Below are positions 43,225 to 54,861 of a stretch of DNA of 64,000 bases, piece after piece. This DNA comes from a bacterium. GTDB lineage: Bacteria > UBA8248 > JACPRG01 > G963555815. The stretch lies in assembly GCA_965261595.1 (NCBI GenBank), contig CBDHDG010000001.1, positions 159,085 to 223,084 of the forward strand, in the 5' to 3' direction. The position numbers and the translations under genes are program-made. The stretch's first letter is position 1; each line of letters begins with the position of its first letter. The notes under the pieces were generated by a model. The model saw nothing but the letters and a program-made list of their open reading frames with translations, had not been told where the DNA came from and ran no database searches.

Positions 43225-43437
43225 GATCCATCTCGCTCCCATTCGTCGCGGACCCGCGGGGATCCGCTGAGGACAACAATCGAGTGTCGGAAAAACCTGA
43301 TGAGTATAAAGAAATCGAGCCCCTAGGACAACTCGGTCCGCTCAACCGCCCACTGATTTGAAACCGGCGGTGAATGGGTTAAAATGGGCGCGTGGATCAA
43401 CCTCTTCGTTGGGGAGCGCCTTGGGCGGGTGTCCATC

Positions 43438-43656
43438 ATGAGCGAAAAAGACAAAGTCAAGCAGCTTAAAAGAATGAGCCGGAAATTCGTCCCGCGGCGG
43501 ACAGAGCAGGAGATCCCGCTTCGGAAGGGGGACCCCAAAGATTTGCGGCGCTCGGCCAGAGAGGACATCCTCGATGAGCTGGCAGAGAACGACCTCGATG
43601 AAGAGGAAGGAATCGGCCCGGACCCGGAAGGGGGAGGCCGCGATTCAACCCACTGA
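43438..43656 (+). CDS. Small hypothetical protein, basic N-terminus and acidic C-terminus
   Basis: 72-aa ORF downstream of TTGAAA-16-TAAAAT (43358-43385), ahead of nfi. Confidence 0.5.
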   Translation: MSEKDKVKQLKRMSRKFVPRRTEQEIPLRKGDPKDLRRSAREDILDELAENDLDEEEGIGPDPEGGGRDSTH

Positions 43657-43678
43657 AACCGCAACGCGGCGAATAGAA

Positions 43679-44397
43679 TTGCCCGGACAAGCCCAGCGGT
43701 TAAAAGCCCGAAAGCTTCACCCATGGCGGGTGTCCATCGCCGAGGCCAAAACCATCCAGGAGGGTCTGCGGGAGAAACTCTCCTTGAAAGGCTCTCCCCC
43801 CCCCCCGATCCGTGATAGTTCATCGCGGGGGCCGATATCTCCTACCGGCGCTTCTCCTCTCAGGCCGTAGCGGGCGTCGTGGTGTTTTCCTGGCTGGCGC
43901 TGGAGGTGGTCGAAACCCGGACGGTCAGCGGCTTATTGAGGTTCCCCTATGTCCCCGGATACCTTTCCTTCCGGGAAGGCCCCCTGCTGCTCCGGGTGTT
44001 CGAGCGCCTTCGCACCGACCCGCAGCTCATCTTCTTCGACGGACAGGGGGCGGCCCACCCGCGGGGATTCGGCCTGGCCTGTCACATGGGGCTCCTTCTG
44101 GACCGGCCCGCGGTGGGGTGCGCGAAATCCCGCCTGTGCGGCCGCACAACGGAACCCGGGGAACAAGCCGGGAGCCGAACGCCCCTGTTGGATGATTCCG
44201 GCGCCCGAATCGGCGTCACACTCCGGACGCGCAAGGGCGTGAAACCCATCTTCGTCTCACCCGGGCACCGGATCGACACAGAGGCCGCGGCGGACTGGGC
44301 CTTTCGGGCATGCCGGGGTTACCGCGTCCCGGAACCCACCCGACAGGCCCACCTCCTGGTGAACCGGCGCAGAAAGCAACGGTTCGAGTCGGACTGA
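43679..44397 (+). CDS. nfi: Endonuclease V (frameshift ~43796-43820)
   Basis: LHPWRVSIAEAKTIQ; AGADIS, FPYVPGYLSFREG, DGQGAAHPRGFGLACH, GCAKS, FVSPGH, PEPTRQAH. Confidence 0.93.
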
Positions 44398-44431
44398 ATC
44401 CCCCCCCCCTCCTCCCCATCTTTTATTTATC

Positions 44432-44680
44432 CACAGATTACACAGATTACGCAGATTCCAAAAAAGGCATGATGGACACTTCTGATTGTCATTCCGACGA
44501 AGGGACTTGCCCCGACGAGGAATCTCGCCTCGCGCCCATGGCTTTGCCCGACTCAATTCGCATTATCTGTGCAATCTGTGGATAGCCTAGTTTTCGGTTC
44601 TTGGCCTGTCCCAATTCTGCGTAATCTGCGGATTGCCTCGTCTTTCGGTTCTTAGCCTTTGCCAAATCTGTGCAATCTAT
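44432..44680. repeat. Cluster of 9-bp CACAGATTA/CGCAGATT short repeats in inverted arrangement around a GTCATTCCG...GGAATCT palindrome
   Basis: cacagatta-cacagatta-cgcagatt at 44432; inverted aatctgtg/aatctgcg copies at 44564-44680; same motif at 62989-63010. Confidence 0.75.
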
Positions 44681-44734
44681 TAATCGCTTATATTTGTCTT
44701 TTATTTCGTATCACATTGAGTCATGAAGCAAGAC

Positions 44735-45994
44735 TGGACTTACCCCGGTTTCGTGGAGAGTTAAGCACTTGGGTTTTCAGGGTGTGCGTTGTTGTCTCCT
44801 TTCGTAGTTAACGGGTGACAGGTTGTCGATGGAGGAGTGCCGACGATGCGGGTTGTAGAAGCCCTCGATGAACCCGAACACCTCCATGCGCGCCTCGGCC
44901 CGGGTGCGGAAACTGTGGCGAGCGAGGAGATCGCACTCCAGCGTGGCGAAAAAACTCTCACACAGCGCGTTGTCGTAGCAGTCCCCGACCGAACCCATGG
45001 AGGGACGCACGCCCGCCTGCCGGCAGCGCTGCCCAAAGGCGACCGAGGTGTACTGCGTGCCCTGGTCGGAGTGGTGGATGACGGCCCGGGGACGGCGCTT
45101 ATACAGCGCCATGTCGAGCGCGTCGAGCACCAACTCGGCCCGCAGGTGTGTGGCCATCGACCACCCCACGATGCGCCGGCTGAACGCATCGAGCGCCACG
45201 GCCAGATACAAAAACCCCGCCCATGTCGGAACGTAGGTGATGTCGGCCACCCACAGCCGGTCGGGGGCCTCGGCCGTGAAGTTGCGGTCCACCAGATCAG
45301 GGGCCGGCCGCGCCTCCTGCCAGCGCTGCGTCGTGCGCGCTCCCTTGCGCCGACTGACGCCCGCAAGTCCCGCCCCACGCATCAGCCTGGCGACGCGCTT
45401 GCGGCCCACACGCACTCCCTCAGCCTCCAACTCGGCATGGACGCGCGGCACGCCGTAAGTCCCCCGAGAACGCTCGTGGATCGCCTGAATGCGTTTGGTG
45501 AGCGCCCGATCGGCACACGAGCGGGCACACGGCGCGCGCCTGCGCCACGCGTAGTAGCCGCTGGAGGAGACGCCCAGCACCCGGCACATGGTGGCGGTCC
45601 GATACATGGCCTGGTTCGCCCTCACGAACCCGTAGATCCGGACGGGATCGAATCGGTATCCCGAGCAAACCAGGCCGCGGCTTTTGCTAAGATCTCCCGC
45701 TCCTGGCGGAGCTGTCGGTTCTCGCGGCGAAGTCGGCGCAACTCCTCCCGCTCATCGCTCGTGAGCCCGTCTTTGCGACGCCCCTCGTCAACGTCGGCTT
45801 GATGGGCCCAGGTGCGGATCGTCTGCGCCGAGGACTCGAACTCGTGCGCCAGCGCCTCGGGCGTGCGTCCCGCCCGGACCAACTCTACCATCTGGCAGCG
45901 GAACTCCATTGGATAGCGTGGGTGAGTCTGTGGCATCGTGAACACCTCCTTTACCCCCAAATCATCAGGTGTCCACCAAACCGGGTCAACTCCA
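44735..45994 (-). mobile_element. IS3-family insertion sequence, apparently intact
   Basis: TIRs tggacttaccccggtttcgtgga / tccaccaaaccgggtcaactcca; 3-bp target duplication GAC; orfA 45622-45936, orfB 44777-45625 (WVADITY, HSDQG, ESFF). Confidence 0.95.
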
Positions 45995-46023
45995 GACCCA
46001 AGCAAAAAAGTCGAAATACCTCG

Positions 46024-46052
46024 TTGACGCTATTGCCGGAATTCACTACGAT
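46024..46052 (+). promoter_or_regulatory. Sigma70-type promoter for vsr-dcm
   Basis: TTGACG-17 nt-TACGAT. Confidence 0.55.
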
Positions 46053-46105
46053 ATCTTGAGGGGTATTCCAACTAAGACACAACATATTGTATTGGATTCG
46101 GAAGA

Positions 46106-46519
46106 GTGGACTCTCTTACAAAGGAGCAGCGCAGCGCGACAATGGCCCGGGTCCGCGGGAAGGACACCGGCCCGGAAATGAGGGTGCGGAGACTTGTTCA
46201 CGAAATGGGCTATCGCTACCGCCTCCACCGCCGAAATCTGCCGGGCGTTCCCGACCTTGCATTTTCAAGCCGGCGGAAAGTAATTTTCGTTCATGGATGC
46301 TGGTGGCACGGACACGACTGCCCTGGGGGGCGGAAACGGCCGAAAACGAATAAGAGCTATTGGCTCCCGAAGCTGGAGCGGAATCGGACGCGGGACGCGG
46401 CGAACCAAGCGGAGCTTCGGGCCAGGGGTTGGGACGCCCTGGTCTTGTGGGAATGTCAATTGAAGGACACGGCAGGCTTGCGGAAGCGGATCGGGGACTT
46501 CCTCGAGGGACGGGTCTGA
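46106..46519 (+). CDS. vsr: Very short patch repair endonuclease
   Basis: RSATMARVRGKDTGPE, LPGVPD, FVHGCWWHGH, LWECQ. Confidence 0.95.
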   Translation: MDSLTKEQRSATMARVRGKDTGPEMRVRRLVHEMGYRYRLHRRNLPGVPDLAFSSRRKVIFVHGCWWHGHDCPGGRKRPKTNKSYWLPKLERNRTRDAANQAELRARGWDALVLWECQLKDTAGLRKRIGDFLEGRV

Positions 46520-47675
46520 TGGAGCGCGAGCCCTTTGGATTTTATGGGTTTTTCGCCGGAGGCGGGATGGCGCGCCTCGGCCTCGGGGATCAGTGGCGCT
46601 GCCTGATGGCGAACGACATCTGCGAAAAGAAGGCCCGGTCTTACAGAAAGAACTTCAATGAGGCGCCGGAATTCATTTGCCAGGACGTGACAAATCTGCG
46701 CCTCGAGGATTTGCCCGGCGAGCCCGCCTTGGCGTGGGCTTCGTTTCCCTGCCAAGACCTATCGTTGGCGGGGAGCCAAGAAGGATTGAACGGCGAACGG
46801 AGCGGGACGTTCCGGCCATTTTCCCGTCTTATCCAGGCAATGGACTCGGACGGCAGGAAGATCCCAATCATCGTCCTGGAGAATGTGGTTGGCGCCATCA
46901 CCTCGAACAAAGGACGGGATTTCGAAACACTTCTGCGAACGCTGGTTGACGCCGGATATGATGTCGGACCTTTGGTGATCGATGGGATTCACTTTGTTCC
47001 GCAATCCAGGCCGCGTTTGTTCATCGTCGCGGTGACGCGCGAGCGCGACCCGCCGACATCCTTTCTGCGAGGCATGCCGGATATGCCATGGCACACGAAA
47101 CCCCTGCGCGCCGCCCATCAGTCGTTGCCGATCGAGCTTAGACGCGCTTGGGTTTGGTGGCGTCTCCCGAAGCCGACCGATCGCGCGCTGACATTAACGG
47201 ACCTGATCGAAGAGGCGCCGTCGGGGGTTGAATGGCACTCCCCGGAGCAAACCCGGGCCTTCTTGGAGGGATGTCTGATCTGAATCTCCAAAAGGTGCGC
47301 GATGCCCGGGCTTCGGGAAAGCGCACCGTCGGGACCGTTTACAAGCGGACCCGGCCGGATGGAAACGGCGGCCGGCGCTGGCGGGCGGAGGCCCGTTTCG
47401 ATCAAATCAGCGGCTGCCTGAGGACCCCCGTCGGAGGATCAAGCCGGCAGTTTGTACTCATCGTGGAGGGCGACAAAATCCGGTCGCGCCTTCTCTCCCC
47501 GAGGGAAGCGGCCCGGTTGATGGGCGTTCCCGATTCTTACCGATTGCCTGAAAATTACAACGAAGCTTACCACCTCATGGGCGATAGCCTTGTGGTTCCG
47601 GCGGTCGCTTGGCTGGAGAGATGTCTCCTGCATCCCCTCGCCGGCAGGACTCGGCGCCCTCTTGAAGTCGCTTGA
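46519..47675 (+). CDS. DNA (cytosine-5)-methyltransferase (frameshift ~47255)
   Basis: FFAGGGM, SFPCQDLS, LENV, PQSRPRLF, RLLSPREAARLMG. Confidence 0.92.
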
Positions 47676-47905
47676 ACAGGCCACAATTGCACAATTGGGG
47701 TCGGTTCTTGACTTTGGCGCTTTCCAATCAGGTGGCCTTGGTTGTAAGGAAGGGTTTTGGTTTCCACTACGCGTTGGATGTTTGAAAGGCGGGAAAGAAA
47801 CACGCTGAACAACACGGTCTCAGCAAACAGGGGACCGGGCCAGGCCCAGAAGCGGATATTTAGGGTTGAAGCGCCGGCGGAACCCCCGGCCGGCGCAGTG
47901 TTTTG

Positions 47906-48258
47906 TTAAGCGGTTTCGGTTTTCGGGTTCGCCCCATATTGATTTTCGAGTGGCGTGCTGTCCCGCACCATAAATACAATAAGCACAATGATCCCGATCA
48001 GGGGAACCAGGGCGATGAGGAACCACCAACCACTCCGGTCAGTATCATGCAACCTTCTGACCGAAACGGCAATACTCGGAATCAGAACAGCCAAGCCGTA
48101 AAGCATGCCAAGGACTCCCGGGCTGCCGGCAAGCGTGTCGACGAGCCCAATCACGAAGAGGATGATGAAGTTGAAAGGGCGAACATCTGGTATTCTTTCC
48201 GACGCGCCCGCCCGCTGAACTCCGCATATTTCTTCAACACCGCTAAATACCAGCTCAT
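47906..48258 (-). CDS. DUF805 (YhaH/YhaI-like) membrane protein (frameshift ~48175)
   Basis: MSWYLAVLKKYAEFSGRARRKEY; AVSVRRLHDTDRSGWW, NQYGANP. Confidence 0.88.
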
Positions 48259-48349
48259 ACCTTGCTCCTTTCTTCTTTCTCTTTCTTGATTCGGCCGGAC
48301 GACTTCGGCCTAATCGGGGGACACCATACTTATTTGGAACAGGCCCGGG

Positions 48350-48446
48350 CCTGTTCAGGCAAGGCAGGAAAAACTCGCTCGAGTTGCCGAGGCCGCATGA
48401 GGTCGATTACCCTCCCCCGAGTGTCCAATAAACCAGGGGCGGTCCA
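48350..48446 (+). mobile_element. Isolated right end of an IS3-like element
   Basis: Near-identical inverted match to 52967-53060, ending in gtgtccaataaaccaggggcggtcca. Confidence 0.75.
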
Positions 48447-48800
48447 CCAACACCTTGATCTTACAAGAGAAAACGGCATTCGGTCCGACAAAACTTATGA
48501 TCCATATGGGAAATGCGGGTCAATATTTGCAAAGTCAATTTGCAGATTTCGGATTCGATTGGGAGGTACACCCAGCATACAGATGGGCGCTCCAGCCCAA
48601 CGATATTCAGGATATATTCGCCAATCTAACGTTATCCACAGACGACACGTAGTGGAACAGAGGTGGTTCGTTTGAACGGCATGGCTTCGCGGCTGCTACA
48701 GTTATGCTCACTGATGAAACTGCACGCCTAGGCATCTTCCCGAACAGATATCTTTCAAAGGGGGGGAGGAGGTCCCCCGGAAGACAGAGCGGGAGGAGCC

Positions 48801-49595
48801 ATGACAAGGGCAGAGAAGAAGGTTGTGAAGCAACGACTCAGCGCCCTGCAACTGGCCGAGGCCCTGGGCAACGTATCGGAGGCCTGCCGGCGGCGGGGGA
48901 TGAGCCGCAGCCAGTTCTACGAGTACAAACGCCGCTTTCAGACCCACGGGGTGGTGGAGCAGATCCTGGCGCTCTCGATGGAGCATCCCATGTGGGGGTG
49001 CGTGAGATTGAGCCGGCAACTGATGCTCAAGGGGGTCTCGGTTTCCACCCCCCACCATTCAGAACATTCTCATCAAGAACGGGATGGCCTCCCGGTACGA
49101 ACGGCTTTTGAAGCTGGAGGCGTGGGCGGCGAAGGAGAAGCTCACCCTCACGCCCGAGCAGGTGGCGGCGATTGAGCGGGCGAATCCCTGCTACCAAGAG
49201 CGTCATGCAGAGTCCTCCCGGCCCGGGGCGCTCTGAACCCAGGACACCTTCTTTGTGGGACATCTTAAGGGCGTGGACAAGGTGTACCTGCAGGCGGTGG
49301 TGGACACTTTTGGGAGCTACGGCTTCGGGTATCTTCACACGGGCAAGGTGCCCGAGCACGCCGCGGCGGTGGTTCACAACGACGTCCTGCCCCAGCATGA
49401 GGCCTGGGGGATCGAGGTGCAGGCCATGCTGACCGACAACGGCCGGGAGTCCTGCGGGAAGGAAACGCATCCCTATGAGCTCTACCTGGCCCTCAACGAC
49501 ATTGAGCACCGCAGGACGAAGGCGGGCCGGTCCCGGACGAACGGGTTCGTGGAGCGGTTCAACCGGACGCTGCTGGATGAGTTCTTCCGCAAGGC
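48801..49595 (+). pseudogene. IS481-family transposase remnant
   Basis: LQLAEALGNVSEACRRRGMSRSQFYEYKRRF; DTFFVGHLKGVDKVYLQ, LTDNGRE, TNGFVERFNRT; deletions and frameshifts; cut by IS3 at 49596. Confidence 0.85.
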
Positions 49596-50845
49596 TGACC
49601 AGACCGATTTTTTGTACCACTTATTGGGAGAGAGTTTACATGACAGCCTGAGGCTGTGAAACCGGTTTTGGGGGAAGGAATGGAGTGCAGACCTCCGGCG
49701 CCGGGGGCCTATAATTCAGCGCCGAGTGCGGTCTCCGGGTGTTATATTCTTCCCGCCATTGCTCAATCACAATCTGGGCCTCCTTCAACGAATAGAAGAT
49801 CTCACCATTCAGGCATTCGTCTCTCAGCTTCCCATTGAAACTCTCACAATACCCATTGTCCCAGGGACTACCGGGTTCGATGTATAACGTTCCGGTTCCG
49901 ACCTTCCCCAGCCACTGGCGCAAGTCCCGGGCCAGAAACTCTGGGCCGTTGTCGGATCGAATATGCTCCGGACCCCTTGCCACACCATCACGTCCGACAA
50001 CGTCTCGATCACCTCCGGGCTGCCTATCCTCCGCTCGACTCGGATGGCCAGGCATTCCCTCGTAACCTCGTCCAGCAGCGTCAGAAGCCGCAGCGTTCTT
50101 CCATCGTGCGTTCTGGCGCTGACAAAATCATAGCTCCAGACGTGGTTCCGATGCTCCGGCCGCAGTCGCACACAGGAACCGCCGTTCAGCCAGAGCCGTC
50201 TTCGGGGCCTTTGTTTCTGCGGCACTTTCAAACCTTCCCGCCGCCAGATTCGCTGCACCCGATCCTTCCCCACCGGCCAGCCCGAGCTCTGCAGCAACGC
50301 CGTGATTCGTCGATAACCGTACCGCCCGTACTGCGCCGCCAGAGTCACCACCGCTCGTGTCAGCTCATCCTCGTCCAACCGATCCATCGGCCGGTATCGT
50401 TGCGTTCCCCTCCATTGCCCTAGCAGCCAGCAGGCGCGCCGTTCCGACAGGCCATACTTCCCCCGCGCACACTCCACCGCGCAACGTCGCCGCTCAGGGC
50501 TCAGAAGTTTCCCTGGGCTACGTCCCGTAGCACTTGCTTGTCCAGCGACAACTCGGCCACCAGTCGCTTCAACCGCGTATTTTCCTTCTCCAGCTCCTTC
50601 AGCCGTTTCGCCTGATCCAGCTTCAGCCCTCCATATTCCTTCCGCCAGCGGTAATAAGTCTGGGTGTGGATGCCGGCTTCCTTGCAGGCTTCGGGAGCCG
50701 GCTTCCCGTTTGCCATCTGCACTTCGATCTGCCGCAGCAAGGTCACAATCTGCTCTGCTTTGTACTTTCGGACCGGCATGTCCAGCTTCCTCCTTCGTGA
50801 GATCCTCTCTCACTTCTGCTGGTACAAAAAACGCCGGGCAGATCA
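49596..50845 (-). mobile_element. IS3-family insertion sequence (IS407-like), extra frameshift in orfB ~49970
   Basis: TIRs tgaccagaccg..tgtacca / tggtaca..gggcagatca; orfA 50501-50779; orfB WSYDF, SDNGPEF, ESFNGKLRDE. Confidence 0.92.
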
Positions 50846-51217
50846 CGCGCGGTCATCGACGCCATCCCGCGCTACAACGAGGATTACCCGTACCTCTTTC
50901 CCGCGCGCCCGCCGACGCGCCACATCGAGAACTTTGCCAACCAATGGCACCACATCCGCGACGAGGCGGGTCTGGAAGGGCTACGGATTCACGATCTCCG
51001 GCATTCCTGGGCTTCGGTCGCGGCCATGAACGGCGTCGATATGGTCACCATCGCCAAGCTCTTGGGCCATGCCCTGGTCGAGACCACGGAGCGTTACGCC
51101 CACCTTTCCGACCAGTCGGTATCGGACGCCGCCAACCGGATGTCGAACCGCATTCAGGCCGCCCTGGCCGGAAGGGGCGCGGAGGGTAAGGGAGGGTCCG
51201 ATCATGCCCACGGTTGA
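50846..51217 (+). pseudogene. Tyrosine recombinase, C-terminal fragment
   Basis: LRIHDLRHSWAS...IAKLLGH...TTERYAHL; N-terminus removed by IS3. Confidence 0.85.
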
Positions 51218-52358
51218 CCTCACCCCGCGCCTGGCCCGCGAGAGCAGGCCCGGCGACAAGGACACGTTCCTGTTCGACAGGACGCTCCCCGGCTTCGGCC
51301 TTCGCATCCACCCCTCGGGGCGTAAGGTCTGGATCGTCCAGGCCCGCATCGAGGGACGGAGCCGGCGCATCGTCATCGCCCGCCATGGCGAGATGGAGTT
51401 ATCGGAAGCCCGCCGACGCGCCCGAGACATGCTCGGGCGCATCCACGCGGGCGAGAACCCCGCCGAGGACATCCGCAGGGAGAAGGAGACGCCGACGCTC
51501 GGGGAGTTCGCGGACGAATACCTGCGCCGCTGCGATCCGCTTTGGAAGCCTTCCGGGCGCAAGACCGTGCGCATCTATCTCAAGGCCCGCATCCTGCCCG
51601 CCTTCGGCAGGATGCCCATCGACCGGATCGGCCCCGAGGACGTGGCCGCGTGGTTTGACGCGGCGAGCAAGGACAGGCCGGGCGCGGCCAACCGGGCGTT
51701 CGAGATACTGCGCGCGATGATGTTCCGGGCCGAGGAATGGGGCTGGCGCGAGCGTGACAGCAACCCCTGTCTCGGCATTCGGAAGAACCCGAGGAATCAT
51801 GTCGCCCGGTTCCTCGACACGGACGAGCTGGGAGGGCTGGGCCGCGCGCTCGACGAACGCCAGGCCGAATGGCCCGAGGCCGTCGCGGCGGTCCGGCTGC
51901 TGGCCTTGACCGGATGCCGGCGAGGCGAGGTGCTCAATCTCAAATGGCGCGACATTGGAGTCGAGGCGATCAACCTGCCCGACGGCAAGACCGGCCCGCG
52001 CGCGATGCCGCTCGGCGAGGCCGCCAGGGCGCTTATCGAGACGCTGCCCGGAGATCGGGATCCGAATGGCTTTGTGTTTCCGAAATACGCCAACGGTAGG
52101 TGTCAGGACAGCCTTGTCGCTTGTTGACGGGCGGTCTGGACAGACGCGAAGCTCGGCAGGCTGCGGTTGCATGATCTACGCCACACCGCCGCAAGTCATG
52201 CGGTCATGTCGGGCGAGAACCTGCCGCTGGTCGGCAAGCTGCTCGGGCACCGGAGGCATCGGACGACGGCGGGATACGCTCATCTGGCCGACGGGCATCT
52301 CGTCGAGGCGGCGGAGAAGGTTGGGAGTATAATTGCAGAGGCGATGGAAGGAGATTAG
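51204..52358 (+). pseudogene. Tyrosine recombinase/integrase with arm-binding domain, single in-frame TGA at 52125
   Basis: LPGFGLRIHPSGRK, LTGCRRGE, DGKTG, then in frame LHDLRHT, LLGH, YAHL. Confidence 0.87.
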
Positions 52359-52412
52359 ACTCGTCTCACGATATGATCGCACCGCCTCGCGACAATATCT
52401 GGGGATCATACG

Positions 52413-52966
52413 ATGGAATGGGTTGTTGTCGGATTAGTAGTTCTGTTGGGCACCATCATCGTAATGAGCGTGTTGCAGGGCCAACGGGACAATCGCACAG
52501 CGACCAATATCGAGAAGCGTATCCGCCGCATGGATGACTTCGAAGCGGCGGATGTCTATGTCAGCGCTTTCAATTTGGCAGGCGTCGCTATTGATCTGGG
52601 TCGTCAAGAACTTCTGCTGGCAGACGAGGGCGCGCTACGGCGATCCACAGTGTCATCAATTGTCTCGTGCGAGATCCTTGAGGACGATATCCAGCTTGCC
52701 TATGTCAACCGCGGTAGCCAACTCGCAGGCATCGCCGTCGGCGGCATTCTGCTTGGCGGTGTCGGAGCCGTCATCGGCGGTCTGTCGGGCTCGAAGCGCA
52801 GTATCAACAACGTAAACAAGGTAGTTCTGCGGTTTAGGACCGACGACTTCGACCGGCCGAAGCACGACATAGTGCTGCTTGATTGGAGCTTCAGTAAGAA
52901 GGGCCTGAAGCGGGACGGTATGCTCTACCGTGGGGCTCTGGAAATGGCGGAGCTGTGGCACGGCAG
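52413..52966 (+). pseudogene. Membrane-anchored glycine-zipper protein truncated by IS end
   Basis: N-terminal TM; AVGGILLGGVGAVIGGLSG; reading frame runs into IS TIR at 52967. Confidence 0.6.
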
Positions 52967-53318
52967 TGGACCGCCCCTGGGTTATTGGACACTCGGGTGA
53001 GGGTATTCGACCTCATGCGGCCTCCGCAACTTGAGCGAGTTTTTCCTGCCTTGCCTGGGCCGGCGTTCGGTAGCCGTAGCCCTCGAGAATCCAATGATGG
53101 TTGTACAGGTTCTTGAACTCAAGCAGCGCCCACCGCAGTTCCTCTACGGTGGCGAAAGAGCGCACCCACAGGAGATTCTCCTTCAAGATGCGGATGAACC
53201 ACTCACAGTAGCCATTTCCCTCGGGCGCCCGCACGAAGCTGGGCGAACTGGTCATGCCCAGGTAGGCGATCTCCCGCTGAAAGTCATCGGACAGATAGGC
53301 GGGGCCGTGGTCGTGACG
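52967..53318 (-). mobile_element. IS3-like transposase C-terminal fragment with right end
   Basis: RHDHG...DDFQREIAYLG...PEGNGYCEWFIRILKENLLW; TIR tggaccgcccctgg. Confidence 0.85.
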
Positions 53319-54005
53319 AACTTTACCCACATTCTCCACGCCCACGGGTACCGCGTTGTAGCGGTGAGCGATTCCCGCCGGGCCTTCTACTGCGAGGAGG
53401 GCATCGACCCGGAGGCGGTGCAGGCGCACAAGGACGCCGAAGGGGTGGTCGGGCCGGTGAAGCGGCAGGGAGATCGGTGGGTCGAGGTGAGCCATCGGGA
53501 AATCACCAACGAGGAGTTGCTGGAGTTGGACGTGGACATCCTCATCCCGGCTGCGTTGGAAAGCGTCATCACCCCGAAGAATGCCGGGCGGATCAAGGCC
53601 CGGTACATCCTTGAGTTGGCCAACGGCCCCATCGTCTTCGAGGCGGATTCCATTCTCAAGTCCCGGGGTGTGACGGTGTTCCCTGATATTCTGGCCAACG
53701 CGGGCGGGGTGACGGTGAGCTACTTCGAGTGGGTCCAGAACCGGACCGGGCTTTATTGGAGTCTTGAAGAGGTCCACCAGAGGCTTCGCGAGCGCATGGT
53801 GGGCGAGTACCGCAAGGTCGAGGCCATCGCCGCCGCCGCCGACCTGGACAACCGGACCGCCGCTTACATCCTCGCCCTCCGGCGGCTCGGAGAGGCCATC
53901 GAATCCCTCGGGACGAAGGAATACTTCGAACAAAAGGGTAAACAGGGGGTTGGCGGGATACAAGCGGGGATGCGGGTTTTGGGGGAAAACACCTTTGAGG
54001 AATAA
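53319..54005 (+). pseudogene. Glu/Leu/Phe/Val dehydrogenase, C-terminal fragment
   Basis: VVAVSDS, DILIPAALE, ELANGP, PDILANAGGVTVSYFEWVQN; N-terminal half missing. Confidence 0.88.
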
Positions 54006-54149
54006 GGGATTGGGGGATTCCGGGGTGTTGGACTCAGTGACACGGAATGAGCGGGGTTGACCGCTGCTATACTCCCGATTTACTCCCGCCCATCACACCC
54101 CGCTTATTTTTTCAAGCGAGCTTCCAGGGCCGGACCCATTTCACCCGGT

Positions 54150-54250
54150 ACGGAGGGTTGGACGGTCTACCGCTATCTTTCATGCGAACCCTGTTCGGAG
54201 TACCCCTTGAGAGCGCGGGGGCTCGGTCTCCGGCCCATCTATCATCTGGT
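54150..54250 (+). pseudogene. Possible IS1634/IS4-type transposase scrap
   Basis: WTVYRYL...LGLRPIYH resembles the Y..L..E..FR.LK..LxLRPIYH motif. Confidence 0.4.
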
Positions 54251-54861
54251 AAGTGGGGCTCTTGGACGGTGAGCCGTAGTCGGGAGAATGGGGACGTTCC
54301 GGTGCCGAACCCTGGAACTCACGGGTTTATCACGTGATAATCGGGAGCAACCTGGACTTCATATCCCGTCCGGGCCGGTCGGTGGCCGTTCGAGACCCCC
54401 CCCCCGCCCCCCGGGGTGCCCCCCCCTCCGCAGCCCGGGAATAACCGTGTACTGCGCGCACGCGATTTTTCTCAAATGAGCCCGTTGGGATTTCTTCGGA
54501 TTGAAGGAATACTTCGCCCCCCATTGAGTTTTTATTTCATCCGGCAAGATTGATTCCCATTGGCGGAGAAAGGTCCGCCGCTGAGATTCGAAAGGTCTGA
54601 TGAATTTAGCCTGTTCCCGCTTCTTGAGACCGGCTGAATTCCACTTCATTCTTCCGTTGGCTTTTCATTGGTTTCGAGGGGAGGTTTTCCGAGGATCGGT
54701 AGGGTGTGACACCTATTTGTTCATGGATCGAATTCTCCCCCCCCCTCCCCCATCGTCGCGTTTTCCTGCGTTCTCCCTTTTCAATAAAAGATGTTTGGGT
54801 GCGGTATCGCCGGAACCCGGACCTTCGGGCCGATCCGGACACCCCGCCGGCTCGGAAGGCG

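Noticed and set aside
52125..52127. In-frame TGA as selenocysteine or recoding
   Set aside because: TGA is used as a normal stop throughout the window; the position fits a Trp-to-stop mutation in a decayed island and no SECIS was recognised
53013..54005. Transposase-GDH fusion proteins suggested by the ORF track
   Set aside because: The two fragments are on opposite strands and meet at a rearrangement junction (~53318); the long ORFs are chance read-through
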